Assembly (NCBI GenBank): GCA_028534125.1
Contig: CM052816.1
Span: 90,026,001-90,090,000, forward strand
Source: Lama glama
Taxonomy: Eukaryota
Length of the DNA stretch: 64,000 nucleotides
Direction: 5' to 3'
A program made the position numbers and the translations under genes. Below the pieces are notes generated by a model. The model was given only the letters and a program-made list of their open reading frames with translations. It was not told the origin of the DNA and made no database searches. Position 1 is the first letter of the stretch, and every line of letters begins with the position of its first letter. Positions 1-11,260 of the stretch are shown here, in pieces.

Positions 1-156
1 GACCTCCCACAATCTCAGATCTCCAAACTGTGCACGATCCCAGTATCCCTATTCTTTAGAGTTAAGACCAGGAGGGAACCCAAGTACAGACATCCCCTTC
101 AAAGAGCCACTTATCTCTTCAGTCTCCTGCTTTTTGTTTTGTTTTGTTTTCTTCTT

Positions 157-158
<2 letters not shown>

Positions 159-200
<42 letters not shown>
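159..200. repeat. (GT)21 microsatellite
   Basis: Perfect GT dinucleotide run read directly. Confidence 0.97.
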
Positions 201-202
<2 letters not shown>

Positions 203-949
203 GGGGTGAGGGGGCCGGAGCGCCACAGAAGAGAAGGCGAGTGGCTTTGCCTCACAGATACTCTTTCTGGATCTGTTTTATGAACGGGTTAAACTTTATA
301 AAGCTTAAAATCCAATGATATTATGTCTTTGTTCTCTAGCTGCATTGTAACAGTGTTCGAGATTCTCAGAGGTTGAGGAAACAGCAGCAAACACTTCCTA
401 ACGTCATCTCACGAAATGAGAAATGGGTGAAAATAACGAAATGCTACCTCCGCCCCCAGAGGACTTCAGAGACCTCAGGTCCAAATCTTTACTTTCTAAT
501 TATTTGTGACTGCTATTATGTCTTCTAGGTGTCCTTTAGAAGCATCTGCATTCTGCCCTCTCCCTGTCCAATACTGACATGAATTTTTTTCATTGCAGTT
601 ATGGCATCTGAAACGTCACATACGAGGCTTCTCTTAGGTTCTACTCGCTAACTCACTACAAAATCACGAGGACGAAGTGAATAAAATACTCCCCACTTCA
701 CCTTATGCTACCTTCTCTTCTCAGGACTCATCTCCACTTTTTAAGCTTTATTTGAGGTTGCTCTTTTGTATTTTTCATTGTTTATGATGTCCTCCTGTGT
801 GTAAGACTCTTCTGCAAGACCAGGAAAACTGGAGGACAGTTCACACTGCGTGCACGTACAGTGGTCTCCCCAGTTACCCACTGTTCTTGGGCCACATGTG
901 TCTTCTCTGACTTCTTTTTGGGAGTGAGTGTCTTTATATCATTTCCTTG

Positions 950-1317
950 CCAGTACTAAATGACACGCTGAAGCATATTTAAAATGTTAAGAGTTTCTTT
1001 GAGCAAAAAGGGATTCAAATCAGGCAGCACTAGGCGGGAAGTGGTTATCAGGGCTCCGCTGTGAGGAGCTGGGGAAAGATGACAGGAAAGATGCGGAAGC
1101 GAAAACGGCAAGTGATGTGATTGGCTGTAGCTTAAAGCCTCCTCGGCTGTTTGTGATCAGCCGAATCTCAGTCCCGTGGCCTTCTTGTTTAATTAATTTC
1201 ATATGGTTATAATGCCCAAATTCTGTGGTGGCACAATAGCTCTGATATGACCATACCTTGTCCCACATCAAAACAGAATGGTTCACACTTGCTCGCACAC
1301 AAGTAATACATTTAACA
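950..1317 (-). mobile_element. Old ERV1-type solo LTR (subfamily uncertain)
   Basis: Ends ...tttaaca at 1317 (TGTTAAA start on the minus strand); overall layout resembles the element at 57465-57895. Left boundary approximate. Confidence 0.5.
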
Positions 1318-3707
1318 GAGTATCAGTAATCCTTCAACTCTAGCATCAGAAATGGTTAAAGAAAGAAACCTAAACTGAATGGCTCCGACCCACATCTGTG
1401 TTCTCCTCTCTGGAATTTCTATGTCTCAGAGTACACATCCCGAACGGACAGTATTCCTCTTAATATCTGGATGAAGTGACCAACATGCTAGGATGTGGGG
1501 GTCAGACGGACAGGGGAATAGGTTATTTAGTTATTTAGTTACAATCATGGTACTATTTAATACAATCATGATTATTTAGTACAATCCTAGTAGACTTTTT
1601 TCTATCATAATGACAAATGGTTGGGTGGTTTTCAGAAACAAATAGAAGCAACTTATGTTCCACAATATACATTTAGTTTTAGTATCATTTGTTCATTTCA
1701 ATTAAATCAAAATGTCATACTCCTCTAGGAAGCTCTGAGGGTAGAGACAGACACAGTCTTCTTCCCCTGGATCTACAGTTGTGTGGTTTCTGACTAGAAG
1801 ACCCTTCTGCTTGCCAATAACAAGTCTCTTATAGACATTTGACAAATGTCCACTGCTTGATTAAGCTATTGTGAACAAAGATCTTTCATTTAATATAATA
1901 TTTCCTAAAGATTTCAAAGCATTGCTCATTAAGCTTGAAATAACCTTGAATATTCATTTGAAATGATAAGCAATTCAGAAGTTTTTCTCTCTCTCTTTTT
2001 TTTTTTTTTTTAAGATTTTGTACTTTTACAAAATGGAAATGTGAACTGGCAAGGAGTGGCAGAAAGTAAAAATAATCTGGGCACTTGAACTTCAAATCCT
2101 GCCTTTCTAACCTTTGAAACAACTCCAGTTCAAGGAAGAGATGTGTTTCTGATGGACTGAAGCCAGCGGGGGTCAACTTTCCTCAGCAGCCTGGGGTCAG
2201 GGTGGTGCCTGGTTTTCACAGGCTGAATTCAGATGAGGCAGTTGGTCTGCATTCAGCTTTGTTTCCAAGCACTGAATGATTCCATGCGCTTATCTTTTCT
2301 TTTCTGCCTGTCTGGTTTCCATGGAAATGCAGGCCTTTTAGAAAAAGCAAAGCCTTGCACCTCATACGCAGACTCTATGTGTTATTTTTGGAATCAACTG
2401 AGTAGTGAACACACCTCATGTCTGTGTGAACAGGTCCTGGCCAGGACAGGCAGGGGTGCAGAGGGAAGTTACAACATCCGACTGTCTTATTGCAGAAAGA
2501 ACTTCATGTCCACTGGCGGTCTGCCGTTCTGTAAGAAATACAAGATTTATCTTGGTAAACGTTAACCAAGGTGAGAAAAAAATGTAAGATTGGGCAAAAA
2601 TTCAAACAGGTTTTTGTGGCTTCACTAAAAATTTATTTAATATTTGCTTAGGAATTACAGAGAGGTACATTTACTCAAATCAGGTTTTAAGTAAATTTAT
2701 TATAGACTTTAAATCTATCAACTTACCCACCAGAATATATAATGTCATTAAGAATTTTCCCTAATTGAGTTAAAATCTACTTCTCCTCCCACACACACTC
2801 ACTTTCAAAGTAAAGTGAAATCTGAATAATTATTTAAGGAAGAAAAAATTTAAAAAAGAGATACTTGAAAAAAAATCTGTGTTGTATAACAGGAAAACAA
2901 CTTTGTACTTCTGTGATTTACACGCTGATTCTTGCTGAACAACTGATTTTAGTACCTATTTCTTAGATCTCATTCGTGATATGTTACAGTTCTATATTAC
3001 AACTTATTTCAACCCTGTCACTAATAAAACTCATTAAACCTCAGAAAGTTATGGGCTTTTTAAGAGATTCTTGCGTATAATCATCTAATGCTATGTTAAT
3101 CGTAAAATGACTGGCTAATTGTACAGTGAAATTAATCAATTTTTTGTGCAAAGCCACTTTCTTAAAATTTCCCTTCTTTCATTTTCCTCATCATTTAATT
3201 AACTTAATAAATCATAAACATAAGGAATAATACATAACATACAAAGTGCTATGGGATAAAGAATAATCTCTGTATACTGGGAAAAAATTACTAAAGACTT
3301 GCCTTCTAAGAGCTTATGTCTATGGAGGAGAATGGAGAGCAAAAAGATTTGGAAAAGAACACACATAAATTAGCCCCAAAATATATTTTCACACGAATCA
3401 CTTGGAAAATTTTTCTTCGAATACCCAAGGAAAGAGAAGGCAAACTTTTCAAATAAAACATAAACTAAAGAGACTAGCTTAATCCCCAAGAGAAAAGAAA
3501 AAAAATTATTTGAACTAGAAGTAAAAGTTTGATCTATCCATAAGGACAAGATAAGGAAACAAAATTGTGACAAAGAGCCAATTTTAATACTTCATTATTT
3601 TGATGGCAGAGTCAAGGAAATACGTAGCTGGAGGACCAACAGAAACCTACAATAAAAATCACATGCAATGAGTCTGACAAGTTTAAAAAGTACAATAAAC
3701 ATCCTTT

Positions 3708-3757
3708 CCTCCCAGCTTTACTGAGACATAATTGACATATAACATTGTGTAAGTTAC
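3708..3757 (-). mobile_element. Short L1 3'-end fragment
   Basis: cccagctttactgagacataattgacatataacattgtgtaagtt resembles the antisense L1 3' terminus. Confidence 0.6.
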
Positions 3758-4084
3758 AATAAACATCTTAATGAAAGATATGGATAGACGATAATAAATT
3801 TCAACTAAGAAAAGCTTTCTGAGATTCGTTTTAAAAACCTTTATCCTTAATTAGGAAAGTGCCTGCTTTTGAATCCAAACATCAGTCTAAAGTGTGCTTA
3901 TTTCTGTAAATTATGAAGTATTATCTCGAGTACCTAGGAATAGAAGCTATGCTGTTATCCAGAAACCAGAGCCACACATTACTAATCACGGCTCTTTCAA
4001 TTCGATATTGTAGAGGTTACTTGGGATTGAGGATGAGTGACACTTTATAAATGCCACGGGTGACTCAAATTTCATCTCAATAAA

Positions 4085-4255
4085 AAAACCTTATGGAAAT
4101 ATAGATACATACAAAAATGAATGTATGTCTGTTCACGTATGACTGAAGCATTATGCCGAACACCAAAAATTGACACAACATTGTAAACTGGCTATACTTC
4201 AATAAAAAATATATATAAATATACCAAAAAAAGAATCTCACAAATAAAAAAAAAT
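4085..4255 (+). mobile_element. Cetartiodactyl/camelid-type L1 3' tail with A-rich end
   Basis: ...tgactgaagcattatgccgaacaccaaaaattgacacaacattgtaaactggctatacttcaataaaaaa is a typical L1 3' UTR terminus with AATAAA and an A-tail. Confidence 0.75.
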
Positions 4256-5304
4256 ACAGATACATAAAAATTATACAGCCAAAATTTTCAATGATTTTTA
4301 TTACTTGATATCATTGTCTTTTAAGTCCTCTGGTCAAATTTAATTGTACATAAATAACATGAAAATATTCCACTGTGTAAGTATTGCTGTATTCAGAACT
4401 ACTCTTGTAAGCTGCTACCTAGTTCCATTCTTACCTTTCAAAATGTTCCTATTTGTACTCCCATTTCAGCTTCCTGTACTTGACTGTCTATAATCTGTTT
4501 ATCTCTCACCTGTACACATACCTAATTGAAAACTGAGAACTAAGACAGAAAGAAACGAGGCTTTAAGAAATCAGGAGTCATTTCTTTAGATGGAAGTCCT
4601 TCTGACTGTGCTCACTGTCTAGCTTAAATTTCTCCAGGTTCCCTGCTGAATAGAGAGAAATTTTGACAATGTCCAGCCACAAATGGCAAGTACGATCCTC
4701 TTAATCCTTCACCTTATCTAACAGGACATAAACTGATTTGGGTAAATCTTATCCTTAGTGAACTTATGTTAGTTCCTAGTGATCAATGCTTCTCTTTGTA
4801 AGGTTTCCAATAACAATTTTTGAAACAAATTGTTTCAAAACAATTTGTTGACTAATCTGCTTGGAACTTTTTCTGAGATTGGCACAATCATTCTTGCAGC
4901 CTGATCACACCTCTTCCAATTTGTACAAATCAAATTATTACCAATATCAGCTTAGTGATCATCACACTTGGTTTTTGGAAAAGGCATTGTACTCTGCCTG
5001 GAAAGTAAATGCAAAGATATTATATCAATCAACTGACTGCCTAATAACCAACAATATCCTAGAGTTAGGCGGAGGAATGTATTACAGTCAGTTTCATGAA
5101 TTTTTAAAGAGGCCTGGCTTGTGTCCAACCAGAGACTTACAGAGACACTAATATCTTGATATTGTCAGGAAGACAAGCCAAGGACGCATCACACACTGTG
5201 CATTTATATAAATGAGATACCAGCATGTCTCAGTACTTGAGCTCTCCAACCATCACATAATAATTTCTTTGTGCACTGATAGCACTTTTTAAATTATTTC
5301 AAAA

Positions 5305-5632
5305 GGTGGAGCACAGAGGATTTTTAGGGCAGTGAAACTACTCTATATGATACTATAATGGTGGATACATGTACATGATACATCCACAAACTGATAGAAC
5401 GTACAATGACATGAATGAACATTAATGAATACATGTAGACCATGGAGTCTGGGTGACTGTGATGTAGCAGTGTGGGTTCTTCAGCTGTAACAAATGCACC
5501 GCTCTGGTGTGGGGGTGTTCATAATGCGGGAGCTATGCATGTGCCGGGGCAGGGGTTTGTGGAAAATCTCTGTACCTTCCTCTCAATTTGCTGTAAGCCT
5601 AAAACTTCTCTAAAAAATAAAGTCTGTTTTTA
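5305..5632 (+). mobile_element. L1MC-like 3' UTR fragment
   Basis: gcacagaggatttttagggcagtgaaactactctatatgatactataatggtggatacatg...cctaaaacttctctaaaaaataaagtct matches the recalled L1MC1/2 3' end; paralogous to 10875-11260. Confidence 0.8.
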
Positions 5633-5979
5633 AGAATTGATTTATATGACTTATAAAATGCATGTCTTTCTTCAGCACAGGAATGTGATCCTGGGAACAG
5701 GCACCAAGTTTTATTCATTTCTTCCATTAAACCTACCATGCCTGCATAGGACATTGCTAATGCACGGTTCTCAGTAATTGTTAAAATGATAACTCTTCCC
5801 TCCAAGCTAGTTTTGTGATTAAACTCATAGTCAAAACACTATTATGCTTGGTTAGACTATGGATAAACAAGACATTTTATTAACTGATGGGGTCTTTGTT
5901 TTCCCACTGCTGTACTAGGAAACCCAGAATCCTCCTTACACTGAATTATCAGTAATGATTATGACCGTTTACTTATTTA

Positions 5980-6395
5980 AAAGCAGGCTCAGAGTTAGGT
6001 AGTCCAAGAAAGATAGACCAAATATACTGTATTCATAAAAGATTCTGGAACTTCAGTTTCAGCTCACAGTCAGAGTTTGACTTCTACTCCAAGGTTACCT
6101 CATGCTTCAAACATTACTGCTTAAGTTCCTGCCATCAAATTCATCTTCCAGGCCAAGAAAGAAATTTCAAAAATTTTCCCCCCTAAAAAAATGAGTGTTT
6201 CTAGAAGCCTCACAAAATACATCTGCTTAGATTCCACTGTCCAAAATTTAGGGGCATAGCCACATTGAGCTCCAAAGATGATGAGAAGTAGAATCTTTTC
6301 TTCTAAATGGCAAAGTGACTCCCCAAATCAGAGCTCTGTTACTAGAGAGGAAAGTGAGATTTCATGTTGGGTTAGCCATAGTAGTCTGTGCCCCA
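5980..6395. mobile_element. MLT1-like (ERVL-MaLR) LTR relic
   Basis: Degenerate MLT1 motifs (catagccacattgagctccaaag...tctgttactagagaggaaagtgag...gtctgtgccccac). Confidence 0.5.
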
Positions 6396-7469
6396 CCAGT
6401 CCTCAAGTTACTGTCTGGGAATCTCTCAAAAACCTGTCTCACTTGCTTTAACAGAGCAGCCCACAAACATCCATAACATCTGCCTCTCCTGTTCTGGATT
6501 CCTCCTGGTTAAAGCCGAATGTCCTGGAAGGCCCTCTCTGGAATGCCGTTCATCGTGTCATTGGAGTGTGAACCTCAGTGTAGAATCCAAGGGTGTTCTT
6601 TCCAGGTATTCCTGGAAGCATCTCATGCTCAAGGTTCCACAACAGATCCAAAGCTAAGCTCTATTGGCATGAGTGGTTGCTGCCTTAATGTAATGAAGCT
6701 GTCGGTGACCTAGACACAAAGCCAAAGTTTGATGCCCAAAGACTTGGAAATTTCTTAGGAAATTCTCTGACCATGACTTCTTTCTTCTAAATGTCTCCAC
6801 TGGCGCTCAAGAGAATGGGTGGTGCATTGAATTCATGCCGGTCATCGCTCTCCCCCTCAGGCCTCCTTTGACCAAACCAAAGTACATCCCAAGCCTGCCA
6901 AGTCTGAGAGATGCAGATGGGTCTGGCTCCCCCTGGGTTCTGGTAGGAGAGCCCACTGGGCACACTTGCTGGCTATCTTCTCTGGAGTGATTCCTTCCAC
7001 ACTGTATTTGTTTTCTTTACAAAAGCGCTCCTAAAAGGCATAAAAGCAAACTCTATAAGTAAACGTATTCCACTATCTATTAAAAGTTCAAATATACCAT
7101 CATACAATGGGACTAGATTTTAAAGGCAGATACTACAAAGAGAGTAAGAACATTCTTTTTTATAAAACTAAGCCATTAGAGAAACATAAAAATAAATGCG
7201 AGAACCTGAAAATATGTTCCTTTTCATGTGCTTTAAAATTTTTGATGACCAAGTGTTACCTCATAAGGCATTTCTTAGTCATAATAATGGGTTATGAACT
7301 CATGTTAGCGTGGCTAGAACAACCAGTTGATTAACTATTTCAGAGAGACCCACCAAGTGGCTTGATTCCTTAGAGCTAGGTTTTCAACACAAACTCATGC
7401 AGAAGGATTGTGAAGAGGAATTGAGTTAGCAAGATAAATATAGCTGACGCAGGATAAACTTTATACCTA

Positions 7470-7680
7470 GGGAGGGTCTGGAGACAGACTGCGTACATCC
7501 AAATGGCAACACAAACACTCAGGGGCTCTGAGATTCTGGAAAAGGTGATAAATCTCTCTGGGCCTCACTTTCTCAATCAATGAAGGAGAACTAATAACAG
7601 TACATAACTTTTGAATTATTATACATAAATATCTCAAAATAACACCTGCTGTATCTGAGTATTACCTATCATTATAATTA
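7470..7680. mobile_element. MIR SINE relic
   Basis: tctctgggcctcactttctcaatcaatgaaggagaactaataacagtac resembles the MIR core. Confidence 0.55.
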
Positions 7681-7714
7681 ACTTGAAAAAGATTTCAACC
7701 TAAACGTCCGTATA

Positions 7715-8198
7715 TACGTAATGGATTATTACTCAGTCATAAAAAAGAATGAAATAATGCCATTTGCAGCAACATGGATAGACTTAGTGATTATCATATT
7801 GAATGAAATAAGTCAGACAGAAAAAGACAAATATCATGTGATATCACTTATTAGTGGAATCTAAAAAGATGATACAAACTCTATTTACAAACCAAAATCA
7901 GACTCACAGATACAGAAAACAAATTATGGTTACTAAAGGGGAAAGGGTAGGGAGGGATAAATTAGGGGTTGGGGATTAACAGACACACTTACTACATGTA
8001 AAATAGATAAACAACAAGGACCAACTGTATATCACAGGGAATTATATTCAATTTCTTATAATAACATATAATGGACAAGAATCTGAAAAGAAAAAAATAG
8101 ATATGTATGAATATGTATAACTGAATCACTTTGCTGTACACCTGAAACTAACATTGTAAATCAACTAAACTTCAAAAAAAAGTTTAAAAAAAGGAAAA
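7715..8198 (+). mobile_element. L1 3' end (ORF2 C-terminus plus 3' UTR), cetartiodactyl type
   Basis: aaaaagaatgaaataatgccatttgcagcaacatggatagac...gaaataagtcagacagaaaaagacaaatatc...ctgaatcactttgctgtacacctgaaactaac followed by an A-tail. Confidence 0.9.
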
Positions 8199-8424
8199 GA
8201 TTTCAGAATACAATAATACAAAGTATTACACATTGACACTTAAAAGCAGAAAAATTAAGCCAACTTTTTGATTGCATAAAATGTATCAAATATGTCATAG
8301 TTAGAATCCTGCTTCCTCCAAATGATAAAATATTAATAGGTATCTGTCCCCTCAAATAGAAGCCTATGAAAACATGAAGAAACTAACATGCATCAGTATC
8401 ACCATCTTCTCTGTGCCTGACCTT

Positions 8425-8555
8425 TAGAGCCACCATATGGCACAACTCCATGGGGCACCATCACAATGTGATCTGATGTGTGTTGAGCACCAGGGGGTGC
8501 CACTAATATCGAGCCCAGGCTAACAGGAACCCCATGGAGTTGTGCAACACAGGAG
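8425..8555. mobile_element. MER91-like hAT-Tip100 MITE
   Basis: Perfect 16-bp inverted repeat gcacaactccatgggg (8440-8455) / ccccatggagttgtgc (8530-8545); family assignment from memory. Confidence 0.65.
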
Positions 8556-8829
8556 TCATGGGTTTTTTGTCAGCAATGTGCTTGATGCTCCAAGTTTACT
8601 GGAGAGGAAACCTCTTCACTCAGGATAGTAAGTTGCTCAGTTTAGTGCCCTTCCTAAGCAGCGCCTGTCTAGGTCTATACTCAGCCAAACCTGTCAGCCC
8701 TCGTGGTGTGCCAAGATGTAACAGCATGTTAAACACAAGAGCTTGTCACTGCTGTTTTATGTTCAGAGTTCCAGCCAAGTTAGGTCTCGCATTTCTGGGA
8801 ACATCCACAAAACCCAAACCAGCCTCCTA

Positions 8830-9720
8830 CCCTTGCCGACGAGGAAAAGCTCTTTTGGAAGCTACCGAGACCTATGAAAAGAGAAACAGAAGAAACGAGA
8901 GCAACCCCAGGACCAAGGCTGCTCATCTCGGGCCCTAGGATGGGAAACGCTGCGGGATCTCAGGGGAAGCGACATCCCTCACGTTGGCAGGAGGTGCGGG
9001 AACACACGGGCAGCCTGTGGCTTCAGCCTCTTTTTTCTTACGGTCATTCTTTCCTGTCTGGGCCTTTTGTGTGTGCCTGTCTTCCTTTCTGTTCTGAGGT
9101 TCCTAATTGACACTTGTCTTAATGAGCAAATCACACAGCTCCTGAGGAGGAAGGCCCTAATAATTCAGACTGTGTGCTAAATTCTGGGTGGGAGAGGAGG
9201 ACAGAATCATTTCATCTAAATGCCAGGTAGTGTCACAATGTGTAACTGGGTAAGAAAATAAGTGACAGGCACAGATATATGACTTTCGCAGTCTCTTGTA
9301 CTAGTCATAACAGGCTCTATCATAACAAAATACTCCCCAAATCTCAGTGGCTTAACCCAACAACCGTTTCTTTGGGGTTGACTCGAAGTCCTCTTTAGTC
9401 CAGGTGGCACATCGCAGCTGCAGATCTCCCTGCTTCAACACAGTGATGCCAACAAGCAGACTCCTGGACAAGCCGCAGCAGCAGCACCTGGAGCAGGGGG
9501 CCCCCCGGGCTCCGTGCGGCGGAGCAAACGAGGGCGGGAGGCCCCCCTGCGGGAATTCAGTGTTGCAGACCGGGAACGCGCGGGCCACCCCTTAATAACC
9601 CATCGGCCACGGCCAGATACGGGGTCTTGCCTAATCACGAAATAATTAAGAAAGGTGACTTTGCTCCTTGCCCAGAGCAGGGGAACAGCAAGACGTAAGA
9701 GCCTACCGGCAGCTGGTCAT
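8830..9720. promoter_or_regulatory. CpG-enriched patch (weak CpG-island-like)
   Basis: By hand count about 12 CpGs in 8835-9042 and about 16 in 9470-9640, against a CpG-poor background; GC-box-like gggcggg near 9532. Confidence 0.4.
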
Positions 9721-9725
9721 GATCA
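9300..9725. mobile_element. MLT1-like (ERVL-MaLR) LTR relic
   Basis: cataacaaaatactccccaaatctcagtggcttaac is a hallmark MLT1 terminal motif; the distal part is degenerate and GC-rich. Confidence 0.6.
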
Positions 9726-9951
9726 GGAACCGACTGAATATTTTATGTCACCCCCTCTCCTCGGATTTAATAGTACAAATTGGGAAAATACGGCTTTCAG
9801 AACAATTTTCATTCTGATGTGAAGGGTTATCTTCATTCCGTTAAGAAAAAACTAAAGCTTAAATGCACTTCTGTAAACTTATCTGCTATTTGTTTTTAAC
9901 TCAAGCACAGTATATCCTTTTGCTTATCAGTGAGTTACCTAGAAACACTTT

Positions 9952-10159
9952 TTTTTAATTGAAGTATAGTTGATTTATAATGTTGTGTTAGCTATGTGTA
10001 CAGCATAGTGATTTGGTTATACATATATATATATATATTATTTTTATATACTTTTTCATTATAGGTTATTACAAGCTATTGAATGCAGTTCCTTGTGCTC
10101 TGTAGTAGGTCCTTGCTGTTTTATCTATTTAATATACAGTAGTTTGTATCTGCTAATGC
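9952..10159 (-). mobile_element. 5'-truncated L1 3' tail with 11-bp TSD
   Basis: T-rich start, attgaagtatagttgatttataatgttgtgttag...; TSD agaaacacttt at 9941-9951 and 10160-10170. Confidence 0.9.
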
Positions 10160-10874
10160 AGAAACACTTTCTAATCTGTTCCTGTTCCTCTTCTCGTGTT
10201 AAAATATACCTTACTTATTTTTTCAGAAAACAGTATTTGCCTCATAATGAGTCTTAACATGTGTGCATGCACATATATATATATCTGTAACCAGATCTCT
10301 GTTTCGTAATTTCTTTCTAATTTGTTTTATTGGCTCTCAAAACACTGCAGGTAACCGTACCAATTCCTCCCCAGTAAAGCAAGAACATCTTTGACCACTG
10401 TGTTGACTATAATTACTTATGTTATATGCTATGTTTTTAAAAAATAGGTATCATTGGGTTTAGAGGCATAAACTAAAAGCAGAAAGCCCTTTAAATATGT
10501 TGAACAATGCAATAAAACTATTCTCACTATTCTCACTGCCTCCTCTTGGAGGGGCCAGGAGGCCATGAAGGCTGAAGGTGCACCTGCCACCACGGGCCCC
10601 TTCACTGTAGGAGGAAGATGTGAAGCCCCGACCGGTGACTGAACCAGAATGTGTGGGAACAGCATCCGGCTGAAGGCACATCGTGCGCGGCCAACATCCA
10701 CAACTGGATGGACAGACTCTGACTCCAAAGCTGCGTCAGGCACTGTGGCAGAGACAGCTCTGTGCTCAACATTCCACCCACTCTCTTCCCACCCTGAAGA
10801 TGAAGTGATGGGAGAATGTTGTGGACACTAACAATGGGCTGTGAATAATGTTTTGCTGCTACTGCAAAAGAAAA

Positions 10875-11260
10875 AAGGAAAAGGCAAAACTAAGGAGACA
10901 GTAAAAAGTTCAGTGGTTGCCCAGGGTTAGGGTGAAGGGAAGGATGAATAGGAGGGGCACAGAGGATTTTAGGGAAGTGAAAATATGCTGATACTGTAAT
11001 GACGAATACATGTCATTATGTGCTTAGAACCCACAGAATGCACAACACCAAGAATGAACCCCAATGTCAGTTCTGGACTTTGGGGGAATTATGTGTCAAT
11101 GTAGGTCCATCAGTTGTAACTCTGGTGGGGGGTGTCGATAATGGGGAAGGATCTTTAGGTGAGGGCCAAGGGGTACCTGGGAAATCTCTATATCTTCCTC
11201 TCAGTTTTGCTGTGAAAACTAAAACTGCTCTTTAAAAAAAAAAAAAAAGTCTTTTAAAAA
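10875..11260 (+). mobile_element. L1MC-like 3' UTR fragment
   Basis: ggagacagtaaaaagttcagtggttgcc...gcacagaggattttagggaagtgaaa...ttttgctgtgaaaactaaaactgctct plus A-tail. Confidence 0.85.

Noticed and set aside
49..255. ORF with a poly-HT tract (also 23474-23704 and 59691-59951)
   Set aside because: Translation of (CA)n microsatellites.
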